A stretch of 64,000 bases of DNA from Camelus dromedarius. Taxonomy: Eukaryota. The stretch spans positions 96,412,001 through 96,476,000 of the forward strand of contig NC_087437.1 in the NCBI RefSeq assembly GCF_036321535.1. Direction: 5' to 3'. A program made the translations under genes and the position numbers. How positions within the stretch are numbered: position 1 is the first letter of the stretch; the number at the start of each line of letters is the position of its first letter. Positions 13,270 to 25,915 of the stretch are shown here, in pieces. Below the pieces are notes generated by a model. That model was given only the letters and a program-made list of their open reading frames with translations, ran no database searches and was not told the DNA's origin.

Positions 13270-13910
13270 TTATTTATACTCTGCCTTTTTCCAAAGATTT
13301 TAGATGGCTTATAAAATTCATACTTAAAATCAAATAAAAATAGGTAGGTGAAGGAAAAGTAACTTAGGAAAATTTTTAGAAACATGCAGTGACACCATCA
13401 TAAAAGAGCTGTGATATCCCGTACCAATCATGGAGATGCACCCTAAATTGCTTTGTGTTTTCTAGTCCCCAGTATAAACTGAAAACAATCATTTCTGTAA
13501 CTCTCAGAGTCCATGAGACCAATAACCATTTGCTTAGGAAAAAGAAGACTATTCTTGGTACTGACTCTGGAGCTATATTTCTCCACGGGGTTCCTACAAG
13601 GTGTCCGCTGGGCAATGCAAAGAACAACATCTTCAACAAAATTCTTGTAGTAAATAAAGTAATGAGTTTCTCAGGGCTGTTTCTTCTAATGATCCTCAAT
13701 GTGGCCCAAGGGCATAATTTCAAAATACAATTCTGTAAAAATAATTCAGGCATGGAGTTGCGGGGGAGATGGGTGGTGATACCAGACAGTGGTTAGTGTA
13801 ATTCATCTACACATTTTTCTATATTTATAGTTTAATCCAAAAAGAGATTTCAGATTATCAAGAGCGATACTTTCGAACATATGTTCTGAGCAGTGTTAGT
13901 TACTGAGTTT
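13270..13910 (-). mobile_element. Ancient RTE-X (L4-like) LINE 3' end with fossil ORF C-terminus
   Basis: Minus-strand reading IFTELYFEIMPLGHIEDH*KKQP*ETHYFIYYKNFVEDVVLCIAQ... resembles a decayed non-LTR C-terminal Cys/His region. The 3' tail reverse complement is 'ttatttatactctgcctttttccaaagattttagatggctta'. Confidence 0.5.
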
Positions 13911-13925
13911 AAAAAACAAGTCTCC

Positions 13926-14202
13926 TATTTGCATCAGCATGGATGAACCTACAGATTATCATATTAAATGAAGTATCATACCTAGAGATGATCATATCAG
14001 ACAAATACCATATGATATTACTTATATGTAAAATCTAAAGAAATGACACAAATTAACTTATTTACAAAACAGAAACAGACTCACAGACATAGATAACAAG
14101 CTTATGGTTACCAAAGGGGAAAGAGGGTAGGGGAGTGAGGGAGGGACAAACCAGGAGCTTGTGATTAGCAGACAACAAAAAAAGAAAACAAAACAAAGAA
14201 AC
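13926..14202 (+). mobile_element. Short 5'-truncated cetartiodactyl-type L1 3' UTR with A-rich tail and 15-bp TSD
   Basis: 'ttatttacaaaacagaaacagactcacagacataga...cttatggttaccaaagggg'. TSD aaaaaacaagtctcc (13911-13925) / aaaaatcaagtctcc (14203-14217) at a TTT/AAAA site. Confidence 0.9.
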
Positions 14203-14217
14203 AAAAATCAAGTCTCC

Positions 14218-14940
14218 ATGGTAAATTGCCCTATGCATAAAAGAACTATTTGGAAACATACTGAAGAGATTGATGTCAAACACTCTCCTTTACACAATTT
14301 TGTTTCAGCATTGCCAATCTTGATTCAAATAAAATATAGACTTAAACAGAAGTGTACTATACTCTCCCTGATTCTTAATTATATCCAGAAATATGCTTTC
14401 TGCCCATTATGATTTACCTAAAATAAGGACTTGTGATAAAGCCACCTTCTCAGAAGCAGCAGTTATTTTTCAAGCCTTTCCTATCATTAACAGAACCTCA
14501 AAAATTTGTACGTCCCACAGTGCAAGATGTATAATTTGGCTGCAGGGATTTCTTAGAGAAGAGACTGCAACATTACAATGTGAACTTAAGCCCAAAGTTC
14601 AAAAAAGGGGCTTATAAGATTGTATTTTTTTTTGATAAAAATTGACATTAATAATAACCTGAAAATGCCTGAGATAGTAAGAATTTTTCCTCCATCACAG
14701 AATTTAAAAGAGCAGTTCTGAAAAGAAGTCTGTCGATAACCAATAAACAAGATTCAATTAAACACAGGCAATATATGACCCAGAAGATTAACAGATCTGT
14801 TGAGACAAATGGAAACTATTTTATTTACAGTGATTTTGTGATGGCCCATATGAATTGAGCTGTTTAAAACTAGAAGTATACTCCATCTCCATTTTCCTGA
14901 CCTCCTAACCTGGCCACAGAAAGAACAGCTTCCAATATCC
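14218..14940 (-). mobile_element. Probable continuation of the L4/RTE-X fossil
   Basis: Contiguous across the TSD. Minus-strand RRSGKWRWSIL / KQLNSYG weakly recalls the RT 'WSI...EQVNSFKYLG' region. Confidence 0.3.
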
Positions 14941-17614
14941 AATGTCTGTAGTGAATTAACATAAGATCAACTCAACAAAAAGACTAATTTCCACTGATGA
15001 CTTCTTGGTTGCCACAGCAGTACTACTGATGTTGAACCCACAAAAAGTTAAGTTGAGGGTAAAATTCAATAACCTGTCTATTTTTTTTTTAAAGCAGGAG
15101 TTTTGAAATTTTCCATATTATTCAATCTGTATCATAATTGTCTTCTGAATAAAGAAATCACATTATGGCCTTATAATTTCTACCATCAGGATATCATTGA
15201 CTTTAGACTCTGGGAAAAAAAAAATAGCACTGTTTCCTACAATTGATGTGTCTCTTTTTGGTGACAATGCTATGCTTAGACACAAAATGTTAGGCAGCCC
15301 ATTTGAGAGTAACTTTTACAACACAAAATGATGCACAAATTATAACGAAGCCCTTGTCATTACCCTTGAATCAAGAAGTTTGGCAATATGTCTGTAGTCA
15401 TGCTGTCTCTGTGTTCAAATCCCAGGTGTTCTTTGATACCTCTGAAAGCCTAGATCTTTCTTAATGCAGCTTGGTAGTCTTTGATCTGAGTTTAAAACAA
15501 GCTCTTCTAGAAAGCCACTGTGAAATGCTGATACCTGCAATTATTGCTGCCTGAGACCCCAGATTATGTTGTGCCCTTTCTACTCATAATGTTGACATAA
15601 CACTTCCTTCTTGATTCACTCTTAACAACTTGAGTCTAATGAGAAACCATGGTTAATTATTAGAGTTATCCTCCCTCTTACTTGCAGATTAATGTAGCCT
15701 TCCTGATTCCTAAAGTACCCCACCTCCTGTATTTCGAAATAGATGATTCTGCCACCTTGTTAAAAGAAAATATCTGAGATGACTAGTGAGGTACCTTAAC
15801 GTTCGCAACTACAGAAATCTTTATCTCAGTCCCCCCCCCCCCCCTCCATTCCTGTTAGTCCTGGTTCCTGGGGCTGGGGATAACCTTTCTACTCCTCATT
15901 AATTCCTTCACCTGCCATCATAATTCATTTCATGCCCCGCCCCCAAAAAATCATGACACCTTTTCCAACTTGTCTTCTACTAGTCATTTTTTACTTCCGT
16001 GGTAACTGAATGGTACCGATTTTTAAAAAGAAATTTTTAAGCTCTAAGACTAAAATTCAGTTGTTATTTAATCAAAATGCCAGCATGTTTTGATATGTTT
16101 GTGTTGCTCTTTGTTCCCTAAAATTAATTATTTATTCAAGATTTAACTATGGTACAATAGAAATTTGAAGTTGTCACAATAAACCTCCCTAAGATTTATC
16201 TTCTATGATGAATAAATTAAAAAGGCAAGTAAGAAGCAAAACAAACAAATAAGAGAACTGGAGCTTTCTTGCAGAAAATATTTTCCCTGGATACTTTGTT
16301 AGCTATTATTTAACACTTTAAAATGGAGCAACCAGCAAAACATAACTTATTGAACATATATTTATGTAGAAATGCAAGAATTAAAAACAATTTGTTACCA
16401 ACTGTGCTTGGTAAATCAAAATTTCAGTGAGTGTGTGATTAGCTTTGAGCCTGGCCAACTTAGAAACCTGGTTTTCCTGTGTGAGAGACAACAAAGGACT
16501 GAGAATTTTCCATTGGTCCTACAGCTGTCCCTCCCCACTCTCTCTTGCAGGTGACCTTAGCCCCACTTTTTTCCCTACCAATCTTGATAAAAATCCAAAT
16601 TGCCAAAATAATTGCTGATAATCTACAAAAACAATTCCTCCCTCACTTTGAGAACCAGCGCAGTCTTCCACCAACTAAAATTCCCTAAAGTAGCTGAACT
16701 TCAGCAGATGTATCTTGCTGAAGTTCTATTTTAAAAAAGAAAAGGTCTTTTTCTCCTAAGCAAGGACACTCCTTCTCTTGCCCAGCATTTCAAGTAGCGG
16801 CTGACACTAAGGAATCTCTGGTTGATTTTCTTCCACAGCTGAACAGTTAAGAGTATCTTTATATTCAGCAGAAGTGGGAAAAAGTGCAGAAGAGATTCAC
16901 ATTCAATTAACTAAGTTCAGAAAACTGATATATAAAATCACAAACTGATTAAAAAAAATCCTTAGACTATAACTGTAAAAGAAATAAGAATATGTGTGTC
17001 AGTAACATATCTTTTCACAGAAGCCAAATCATAATTATAAGGTCAATTTATTAACTTTCAAAAAGAAATGGTTAACATCAGGACAAGATTGCAAGGAGTA
17101 CATTTTGCCAGGAATTTTTTCTTTTGTAGGGAGGTAGAGCTGCATGTGAAATCAATTATTAATCATAAAATTGTTTGGTGATTATAGAACCAGGAAAAAA
17201 AAAAAAAAACAACCAAGTTTGTGAGATGAATCAAATGTTCACTGGCATGGCCAAGAAAGTGGGACTTACCCATGGACACAGAGGCCTTATAATTCTCATA
17301 GTTCACTGGCTGAATGAGGCTCCCTCCCCATGGATGCATTCTGCTAACTTTTGCTTTTGAATATCCAATTAAAGTGCCTCTAAGTCTGCCTCTTCCTATT
17401 AAAACATTCTTTCCTTAGAAATGTTAAGCTATTTAATCAGTAGAAGTCCCTTTGGTTTAAAAGCAATTCTAGTTCTTTAAGGTAACTGATTCATTCTATG
17501 TTGATTTTATAGAGTAACTCTCAGAAGGCAATCTTATTTCTTTATTTCCAGGTTCTTGGGGGACATTGTACTGTAGCTCCCAAGAACAGACAACACTGTA
17601 TTTTTAGCACCTAT

Positions 17615-17770
17615 TGTAGTGGGAAGAAAACCAGGTTAGGAGTCAGGAGAGTTGAGTTTTGGTTTAATCTCTGAACTTAACTAGTTTTGTGACCTTGGGC
17701 AACATATATAATTGCCTTGATTTGGAAAATAAAATAATACCTGCTCTATTTACCTTAAAAGGTTGCAGCC
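17615..17770 (+). mobile_element. MIR SINE
   Basis: 'ggagtcaggaga...actagttttgtgaccttgggcaa...aataatacctgctct'. Confidence 0.75.
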
Positions 17771-17799
17771 AAGTACACTGTATATCAATGTACTTTCCT

Positions 17800-19225
17800 T
17801 TATTTATCTTTCTTCCCCACCATTAACATTTACTGACCACTTCCAGGCTTTGCTCTAAGCACTGAGATAGTGGGGGAAATGCAGACAAATACATCTGCTC
17901 ACATGGAGTTTATAGTCTACGTGGATGATAGGTAAGTTATAGGGAAAGGGGAATAGGACAGGTCAAGTGGGAACGGCAGCACTGCCACCTAAGCAAAGTC
18001 CCAAGAGAAGATCTCCGTGAGAAGAAGATTTTGGAGAAAAGAGCTGAAGACAGTAAGAGCTGGCCAGACCACTGGAAAAGTTAATGAGGCAGAACCAATA
18101 GCTAATGCATAGACTCTGGGTCAGAAGCTAGAATCACTTGCAAGAAAAAGCAAGAAAGTAAATGAAGACTTGGTAGGTCTGTTAGGAGAGAAGTGAGAGA
18201 TATGGTAGGCACTGATGGTGATGGGGGAATAAACTGAATGGGGGCAAGGAATTAGAGAGAACTGTCATTACAATTTTACCATAATCTAAGTAAGAGATAG
18301 TGGTTACCTGACCATCTGACTCTGGGCAGTGGCAAAAGAGATGAATATAATCTGGGTATATTCTGAAAATAAAAGAGACATGTTTTCACCAAGGATTGGA
18401 TAAGAGATTAGAACAAGAAAGATGTGTAAGAGCAAGCAAAGATCTTGGGCCAAAATAAAAAAATTATGGATGGAGAGGGTTTTAGCAAGGAAAGTAGAAA
18501 TATCAGGAGTTTAAGCAGGAGCATATTCATTTTGAGATTCCTGTTGGACATTCAAATGAAATATTGGATTGACAGTTTTGGAAGTTAAGGGAAGAAGTCC
18601 AGGCTTCAAATATAACTTGGGTGGTTATCATCATGTAGAGACAGTAGATAAGGCCATGAGAATTGTTGAGATCATCTAGGAAGTTCATTTGGATGGAAAT
18701 GAGGAAATTCAAGTGGGCTCACTCCAAAATACAGGGTTTGGGCAAGAAGGTGAAACCAGAACAGATATCAAAGAATGAGTGGCTGGGAAGACAAGAGAAA
18801 GACAATGCAGGATGATGTCTTGAAAGCCATCAAGGAAGAAAGCGTACCAAGGATGAGGGAGGGATCATGTGGATTAAATGCTGATCATGGGTCTAATAGG
18901 ATGAATAGTCAGACTTGGACATCAGATGTAGCAGTGTAGAGGTCACTGTGGTTCATGACAAGGGCAGTTTGGGTAAAAGGCTGGGGGGAAAGTGCTGGAT
19001 TTTAGAGTGGGCTCAAGAAAAAAAATCAAAAAGAAATTGCAGACAGAAAAGACCAATAAGAAGGAGAGACAAGGGAAAAAATACATGAAATAAAAGTTAT
19101 CCCTCTGTGTGTGTATGTGTTTAAGGAGAGAAATAAACATACTCATGTACTGATGGGAACAATCTAGATAAGAAGGAAAGAGGAACATTGCTGCAGTAAT
19201 GCTTTTAAGAACAAGGAAGGGCAAT
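17800..19225 (-). mobile_element. L2 LINE, ~1.4 kb
   Basis: Purine-rich antisense L2: 'aacatttactga...ctaagcactgagata', 'tttgagattcctgttggacattcaaatg', 'gccatgagaattgttgagatca', 'aaatgctg...gaggtcactg'. Confidence 0.8.
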
Positions 19226-19527
19226 TTATGTTTGTGTATTTATTAACATATAATCAGAAATAACTTAAGGTATGAATCATAACATATCTATATTGCAGTT
19301 GTTTTCATTTGTGGTGGAGTCTGTTTTTTCCTGACAGGCCATAAGTCGAGTCAAATATGAAACTGAAGACTGTGTGCTACACTGGGACTTAGAGCAGTCT
19401 TTTCCTGAGTTTTCTCTCCATAGCCGCCTAGACTTTTTTTCTTGCTAAGGACTCAACTGAAATGCCACTTTTCCTGAGAGGGCTCACAAAAGTTACATCT
19501 CTCTAAGCTTCTGATCAACCAACAACT

Positions 19528-20193
19528 CTACAGTAGGGAGAATTCTAAAGATGTTCCTGAAATATTTCTTTCCGCTGGTTAATCAATCAGGTACTGCTGT
19601 GAATGGACTTTGCAGGCGAAATTAAGGTTATGAACTAACTTTCAAATATGGGACTCACCCAGGACTGTTGAGGTGAGCCCAATCTAATCTTACGGCTTTT
19701 AAAATTACCCTGGATGATTTAGGTGGACCCAATCAAATTGCATGACTTCCCAGGCAGAGAAGGCTAGGTAGAAGGAGATTCAGGGAGATTCTAAGTTTGA
19801 AAGAAACTGATCCTTTGTTGCTGCTGAAAATGGAGGAAGATGGCCACAAGGTAAGAAATCTTATCTAGATGATAAGAACGGCCCCCTACCCCCCCCAACA
19901 TATACACGGCCCACATTGTCAGCAGCCATGAAGGACACGGGAAGCTCAGTCGTGCTACTGCAAGAAACTGAATTTCGTCATGAAAATGAGTGAGCTAGAA
20001 AGTACATTCATTCCTAGAGCTTCCAGAAAGAAACACAGTCTTGCCAACATCTTGATATTGGCCATGTGAAATCCAGAGGAAAGAACCAGCTGAACCTGGA
20101 CATCTGACCTACAGAACTGTGAGATAATAAATAGATGTTTTAAGTCACTAAATCCATGGTAATTTGTTATATAGCATGAATAGAACATTAATA
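19528..20193 (+). mobile_element. MLT1E-like MaLR solo LTR
   Basis: 'gaattctaaagatg', 'ggactttgcagg', 'gcaagaaactgaatt', 'cctagagcttccagaaag', 'ctgacctacagaactgtgagataataaat...ttttaagtcactaa...tggtaatttgtta'. Confidence 0.8.
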
Positions 20194-21185
20194 AAACCCT
20201 ATTTTCCAAATGCTGCTCACTGGTACTAAAAAATAGCTGATGTTGTAACAGTGGAACGAGGGGCAATGAAACTAGACCCAGAAAGTAAGTTGATATTCCA
20301 TTCTATTAGCAGTATGGTTGAAGGAATACTCATTATCGTATTTATAATTGTAGCCCTCTTGAAGCTTAAATGCACATTTAATGTAAAATTATGATTTGTA
20401 TTTGTTGTAAAGGAGATTACACTTTGACCTACAAATATTTAAAATATATTGAGCAATGCAGCCTAAATATATCAAATGCAAGCTAAGACTTAAAGATCAT
20501 TATATGTTTAATCATGTAAACTACTCCTAAATGTAAAAGTATCTAACGTTTGGTTGAAAGCGATGTAAGACTGGTGATTTTGTTTTAAATGACACAGGAT
20601 ATGATATGCTCGTACTAAAATTAGCACAATAATAATGAGGCATATTAATACACAACAGCCAAAGAACTAACCAATAATATGTGCAACTGCAGGGGGTGCC
20701 ATGTTAGCCACCATAGAACAGCATAATTAACATCTAACCTACATTAACAGGCAAATAATAATGGAAAACATTTTAACATAATAGACCAAATTAACTGTTA
20801 ATTGGTTGAAAAGATTATTACAGCAATGAATTTAAATTTAAGAGTATACTGGAAAATAACCATCATCAATTATGCTGGAGAGACTCTTGATAATTTATTC
20901 TCAGCATATATTTTCACTTTTTGATTTGCAAAGTCATTTAATATCTTTATCTATTAAATAAAGCTAATTTAAGTAACTGGTCAGAAGAAAGACATCATTA
21001 TATAAATATGTACTCTAGAAACCAAAGATGGATATTGAGGTTCAAAGATAATTATGTCACTTACTGGTTGAAAACCACAAATTAGGGATTTTTGGGGGGT
21101 GATGGGGGGTGATGGGGGTAGGCATCAATTTCATGAGCACAATATCAAGATTATTTGTTTAAATACTAAAAATAATATTTCTCCC

Positions 21186-21736
21186 TGCAGTGCCAGTTTC
21201 CAAGATGGCCACTAATTATCTTCATCTCCTGGTATTTATGTCCTTGCATAGTCTCCTCTTACACTGAAGAGGACTGACCTGTGTGGACAATACCACAATG
21301 TAGACGTGAGGGTGTGTAACTCCCAAGCATAAGTCAGAAATGACCTGGCTGTTTCTGGCTGATCTTGGATTGCTCCAGGGGAAGCCAAATGCCATGTTGT
21401 GAGGACACACAGGAAGCCCTGTGCAGAAACCCCAGAGGGAGAATCAGATCTCCTGCCAACAATCAGCATCAACTCACCAGTCATGTGAGTAAACCACATT
21501 GGATACAGATCCACCCAGTCAAGCCAGTTTACATGAAATCAGCCCTTGCTGACATCTTGACTAAAAACCTCATAACAGCTTTTACGCTTTTTTTTGGGGG
21601 GGGGGGGGGCGGTTCTCAAACCAGAATCCCAAACTCTTGACCCATAGAAATTGTGAAGAATAATACGTATGTATTGCTGTTTGAAGCCTCTACGCCTTGG
21701 GGTAATTTGTCATGCCACAATAGACATCAAATGTAC
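21186..21736 (+). mobile_element. MLT1F-like MaLR solo LTR
   Basis: 'ccaagatggcc...ctcctggtatt', 'ggggaagcca...tgccatgttgtgaggacac', 'gctgacatcttgact', 'ttggggtaatttgt'. Confidence 0.8.
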
Positions 21737-22079
21737 TTGCACTCAAAAACAGATGATCAAAACACTCTTCATGATAGTTTAATGGGTAAGAAATAATGCA
21801 ACAAAACAGAACAAAGCAGAAAGTTAGAGTATAAATCGTATGAAAAAAGCTTTTAAGCTTTTTGGGCATTTTCAAATGTACATGATGCTAGGGAAAATCC
21901 TATAACAGATTCCCAAGTACCTACTACCCATCTTTAACATCTATCCAGTTTCTTATTGATCTAGTACCCCTCTGATCATCTCACTTATTGGTCTTGTTTC
22001 TGTTAACTTCCCATTTATTCTTCTGTACTTTAAAATATATCCTATCATATTTTAAGAAAAAAATATTTTTATGTATTAA

Positions 22080-22800
22080 GAAATTGTTCCATTTGTCTGA
22101 ATCTTTACAGGGCTGACTCTCTGTTATTCCAATTTTAAGTCAAACATCACTTTCTCATCATCTTCTAGGAAAACCTCCCCACCACCCTAGGAGGATCACC
22201 ACATCCCTTTATCAAAGCCATTTTTTGCATTCTTTGCATTTACAACTTTTGATCACTTACTTAATTCTTTATTAATTATCTCCTTCCCCTGCAAAATCAG
22301 CTTAAGATATTTTATTCTTATCTACCACACGACACCAACCCACATAACCTGGAACCTGACACACAGTAGAAGCTCAAAAAAAAATAACTTAAGAGCATTT
22401 CATTGTCTTCATCTCACTCAACACGTTGATTTGCACGCTCTGCTGGATGCTCTTATTCACCCATGTACTTGCTTGTACTTGCCGTTCCCTTTGCCTGGCA
22501 TTGACTCCCTTTCTTCAACTGCAAACTTACTCTCATGATACATATTATCCCCATTGAAAAGTCACTAATATACAAAGGATTGTGGGTACTGCTTTATTTT
22601 TATTTCAACAGCAAATTATGTTAAGCACTTAACATATTGCTCTGAAACTCTCTTTCTTGTCGCTATGAGAACCTATGGGGCAGAATACTGTCAGGTTATT
22701 CTTTACTTCCTGTTCTTGCTCTGTACCCCTCATGCACGTGGTTGGGCACTGCATCAATGGGAAATATATAAATACATGGATTCATGAATGATGAATGGAA
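22080..22800 (+). mobile_element. L2 fragments
   Basis: 'caaacatcactttctca...cctgacacacagtagaagctcaa', 'cttgccgttccctttgcctgg', and a 'tgaatgatgaatg' tail. Confidence 0.5.
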
Positions 22801-23053
22801 TCGGTGTTCATTCTGTTGTATCTTTTTAAGGTAATAAAAGAAGAGATTACAGCTAGAACATCAAACATCCTTTAATATTTGCACTTTGTAACTTACTAGA
22901 TTTAATATGAGCATATGATAAAAATTAAGAGAATACTTCAACTCATGGATACAGATGGTCTGTCTACAAACACTTCTTGTATAGATTCATGTGAAGAGAA
23001 AAAAAATCCATCTTCTCTCTTGCCTATGTAACTCAAATTGTGTCAAAGGTGAT

Positions 23054-23385
23054 TATTAAAGGACTGAATTGTATCTGCCTCTACATAAAATTTGTAAGTT
23101 GAAGCCCTAACCCCCAACATTACTGTGTCTGAAGACAAGGTCTTTAGGAATTAATTACAGGTAAATAAGGTCATAAAGGTGAGGTACTCTTCCAAAAAAG
23201 CTGTGTTAGAACACAGAGAGAAGGCCCCATCTGCAAGCTAGGAAGAGATCTCTCACCAGAACATGACCATATTGGAACCCTGATCTCAGATTTAACAGCG
23301 TCTAGAATTCTGAGACAATAAATTCCTGTTGTTTAAGCCACCCAATCTGTAGTGTTTTGCCATGACAGCCAGACTGACTAATACA
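23054..23385 (+). mobile_element. MLT1A-like MaLR solo LTR
   Basis: 'ggactgaattgt...gttgaagccctaaccccca', 'atctgcaagc', 'ctcaccagaa', 'aataaattcctgttgtttaagccaccca...gactgactaataca'. Confidence 0.85.
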
Positions 23386-25040
23386 GTATTTTAAAGGCAT
23401 CCACTGAATGAGGAATCCAGTGATGAGCTTTGTGGAACTGATACACAGTAAAACGGTCCCTACATAAAGGCACTTACAAGGAGAGACACAGTGACTAAGC
23501 CAATAAGAACAGTGTGTGTACTGTGGCAGGGGGTGGGGAAGACACATTAAATAAAAATGATCTAACAAAAGGGGCCAAAGGGAGAATCAAAGGAAGAAAG
23601 GCTTATGAAGTGTGTAACATCATAACAACCAGCCGATGGAGATGTCCAGTTTCTCTGATACCAAGGAGCCTCCTGGTGCCCCTTAGGGTACAGCAAAGAG
23701 ATATTCAGATGCAATAATGTAGAAAACAAGTTTAAACAGACAATGTAAGTTTGTATTCATACATGTATGTAACTGTCTAGTTACAAAGGAATAACTACAA
23801 CAATTACGGACTATTTTACTTTTTTAAATCAACTCTTGAAATTCCAACTAGAGCAGAGGGTCTGTTTTGGTTTTACAGTGACCTACACCGTACTTTCAAT
23901 CTAGGTGTTGAGAGAACAGAGCTGACACATCCTATGCTTCCTAGGCTTTAATGATGCCCAGAGCTTTCATTTTCTTTTACACACCGACAATGGAAAACAT
24001 GGTCTCCTTATGTACAACATAAAACCTAATAAAGTATCCAGCTGTTCTTTCCCTGGTGATTCCTGCTGCTTCTAGCGGAGGTACAGTAATGTCAAATTTC
24101 CATGAAAAGGGTTAGAAAACATACTGTATAACTGTACCATACCAGAATATCCATAGTACATTTGCCTTTCTCTTTGTGCCTGCCTTTATATATCAAATAC
24201 ACTCACAGAAGCTTTATTTCCCAGTGGCCTAAACCTAGAAGATAATGCATATTTTTAATATCCTGATATTTCTACATTGCTCTCTCTTGCAATATTCTAA
24301 GAATATGCTTTCTTTGTTCTTTTTATTTCTTCAGTCTCAAACTAAGAATGCATCCATTTCTGATAAATACAAAGGTGAACAGAACTAGAAATATATTTAT
24401 AATTATTTTAAGACTACCTTAATCACAGTAAGAATATAACCACTCAAATTCCACACTCCTCCTGAAAAATTCTGCAAAGTCCATTTCACAAAGCACAACC
24501 ACACTTACTTGTTTTAGGTGTGAAGCTAGACTGCAATGATCGATAATACACTTTTCCAACACTATCACATTTAATTCAGAATAGCCAGTATCTACAGAAT
24601 GTTAGTGCTCTTTTAGGTAAAACAAATCCTTGAGAAATATTTAAAACTTTGGGAAAATTATTTTTCATTATATGATTTATTGCTACTTCCCCAGACCCAA
24701 ATGCCACTCCCCTGCCCTCAGTTCCCATCAGTCACTGGGCTCTGAGTATCTGTGGGCAAGCCCAAAGATCCACTAGCAGTAAAAATACATTATACTTAAT
24801 GTGTTGAATGTTTTAAGGGTTAAAAGTACAAGAAATATAACTGTAAAAAACTGTTTCAGGAAAATTTAAATCTACAATCAGGATCTGCTCTTGCATTTGG
24901 TCTGATCTGGTCATTTTAGGTATGGTAGATACACTTGTGATTGAAGAAAAGGCCAGATACATAATGATTTTTGTTCTTATCAGTATCCCCAAAGTGGGAG
25001 GGTTTGGGAATTAACTCCCTTTATGCTGATGCTCAAGCAA

Positions 25041-25330
25041 AAGGGTCAGCAAACATTTTCTGCTAAGAATCAGATATTTAATATTTTAGGATTTGGGGGC
25101 TATATGGTTGTAGCACAAAGCAGCCATAAACAGTATGCAAAGTAATGAGTATGACTGTGTTTCCATGCAACTTTATTTTTGGATACCAACATTTAAATTT
25201 CATATAATTTTCCTATGTTACAGAGTATTTTTCTTTTGATTTTTTGGTCAACCATTAAAAAAATATAAAGAGTATTTGTAACTCATGGTTGGCCAGATTT
25301 GAGACATAGATTGTAGTTTATTCATCCCGG
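25041..25330 (-). mobile_element. MER58B DNA transposon
   Basis: 'gggtcagcaaacattttctg...aatattttagg...aaagcagccata...actttattt...aaatttcatataatttt'. Confidence 0.75.
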
Positions 25331-25713
25331 CATTAGCCCTGAATAAGTGATAATACCTCAGAATCTAAAGCTGATTTTTTTTAACTTAGCTATCTTTGGG
25401 ATCATCAAAATGGTTAGCTACTGACTGTCAAACTGTCACTCGCTACCATATGGAATTCATCCTTACAGCTGAGTCACTGGTATGATGTTTAGTAACTAGT
25501 CTGGTATGACCCAGAACTTTCGAGGGAAGATCTGACAGCTCGTTCATAAACAAAAGCAAGCCAACAAAAAGGACTTAAATGAATTCAAACATATGGTTCC
25601 TGTGAAAAGGAACAGCCTGCACTGGGTCGTCTTAATAGTTTGTTTCCTATGCCAGCTAATCAAATAGACCTTAAACACATTTCTGAAAAAGGTGATTTGT
25701 CTTTCTATTTTAC

Positions 25714-25814
25714 CTCATTTTGCTAGAGAACTCAACAGTGCAATTTGCAATGAACAATGATTTAAAAATAAAACCATGGACTCCAGGAAGTATCAAAGAA
25801 TCAAAATCACTTAC
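25714..25814 (-). other. Putative recursive-splicing exon (RS-exon), 101 nt, beginning with a regenerated 5' splice site GTAAGT
   Basis: Minus strand: ...cttcgctctttgtttcccaatTAG|GTAAGTgattttg...agcaaaatGAG|gtaaaa. It lies in non-repetitive DNA. Confidence 0.6.
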
Positions 25815-25915
25815 CTAATTGGGAAACAAAGAGCGAAGTCATTTGGAATCAATCAGCAATCATAGTTTCCAAATCCATGTTAGAACACATGAAAGAAAAG
25901 GAAAAAGAAAAGATA
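25815..25915 (-). promoter_or_regulatory. 3' splice-site signal region: AG-exclusion zone, branch-point candidates, pyrimidine tracts
   Basis: No minus-strand AG between 25817 and 25915. Branch-like TTCTAAC (A at -66), CTGAT (-39) and TGAC (-25). Distal tract 'tcttttctttttccttttctttc' and proximal tract 'cttcgctctttgtttccc'. Confidence 0.6.

Noticed and set aside
16525..16556. Plus-strand pyrimidine tract + CAG|GTGACC as a splice acceptor or recursive site
   Set aside because: Opposite to the inferred transcription direction, poor donor, and another AG only about 25 nt upstream.
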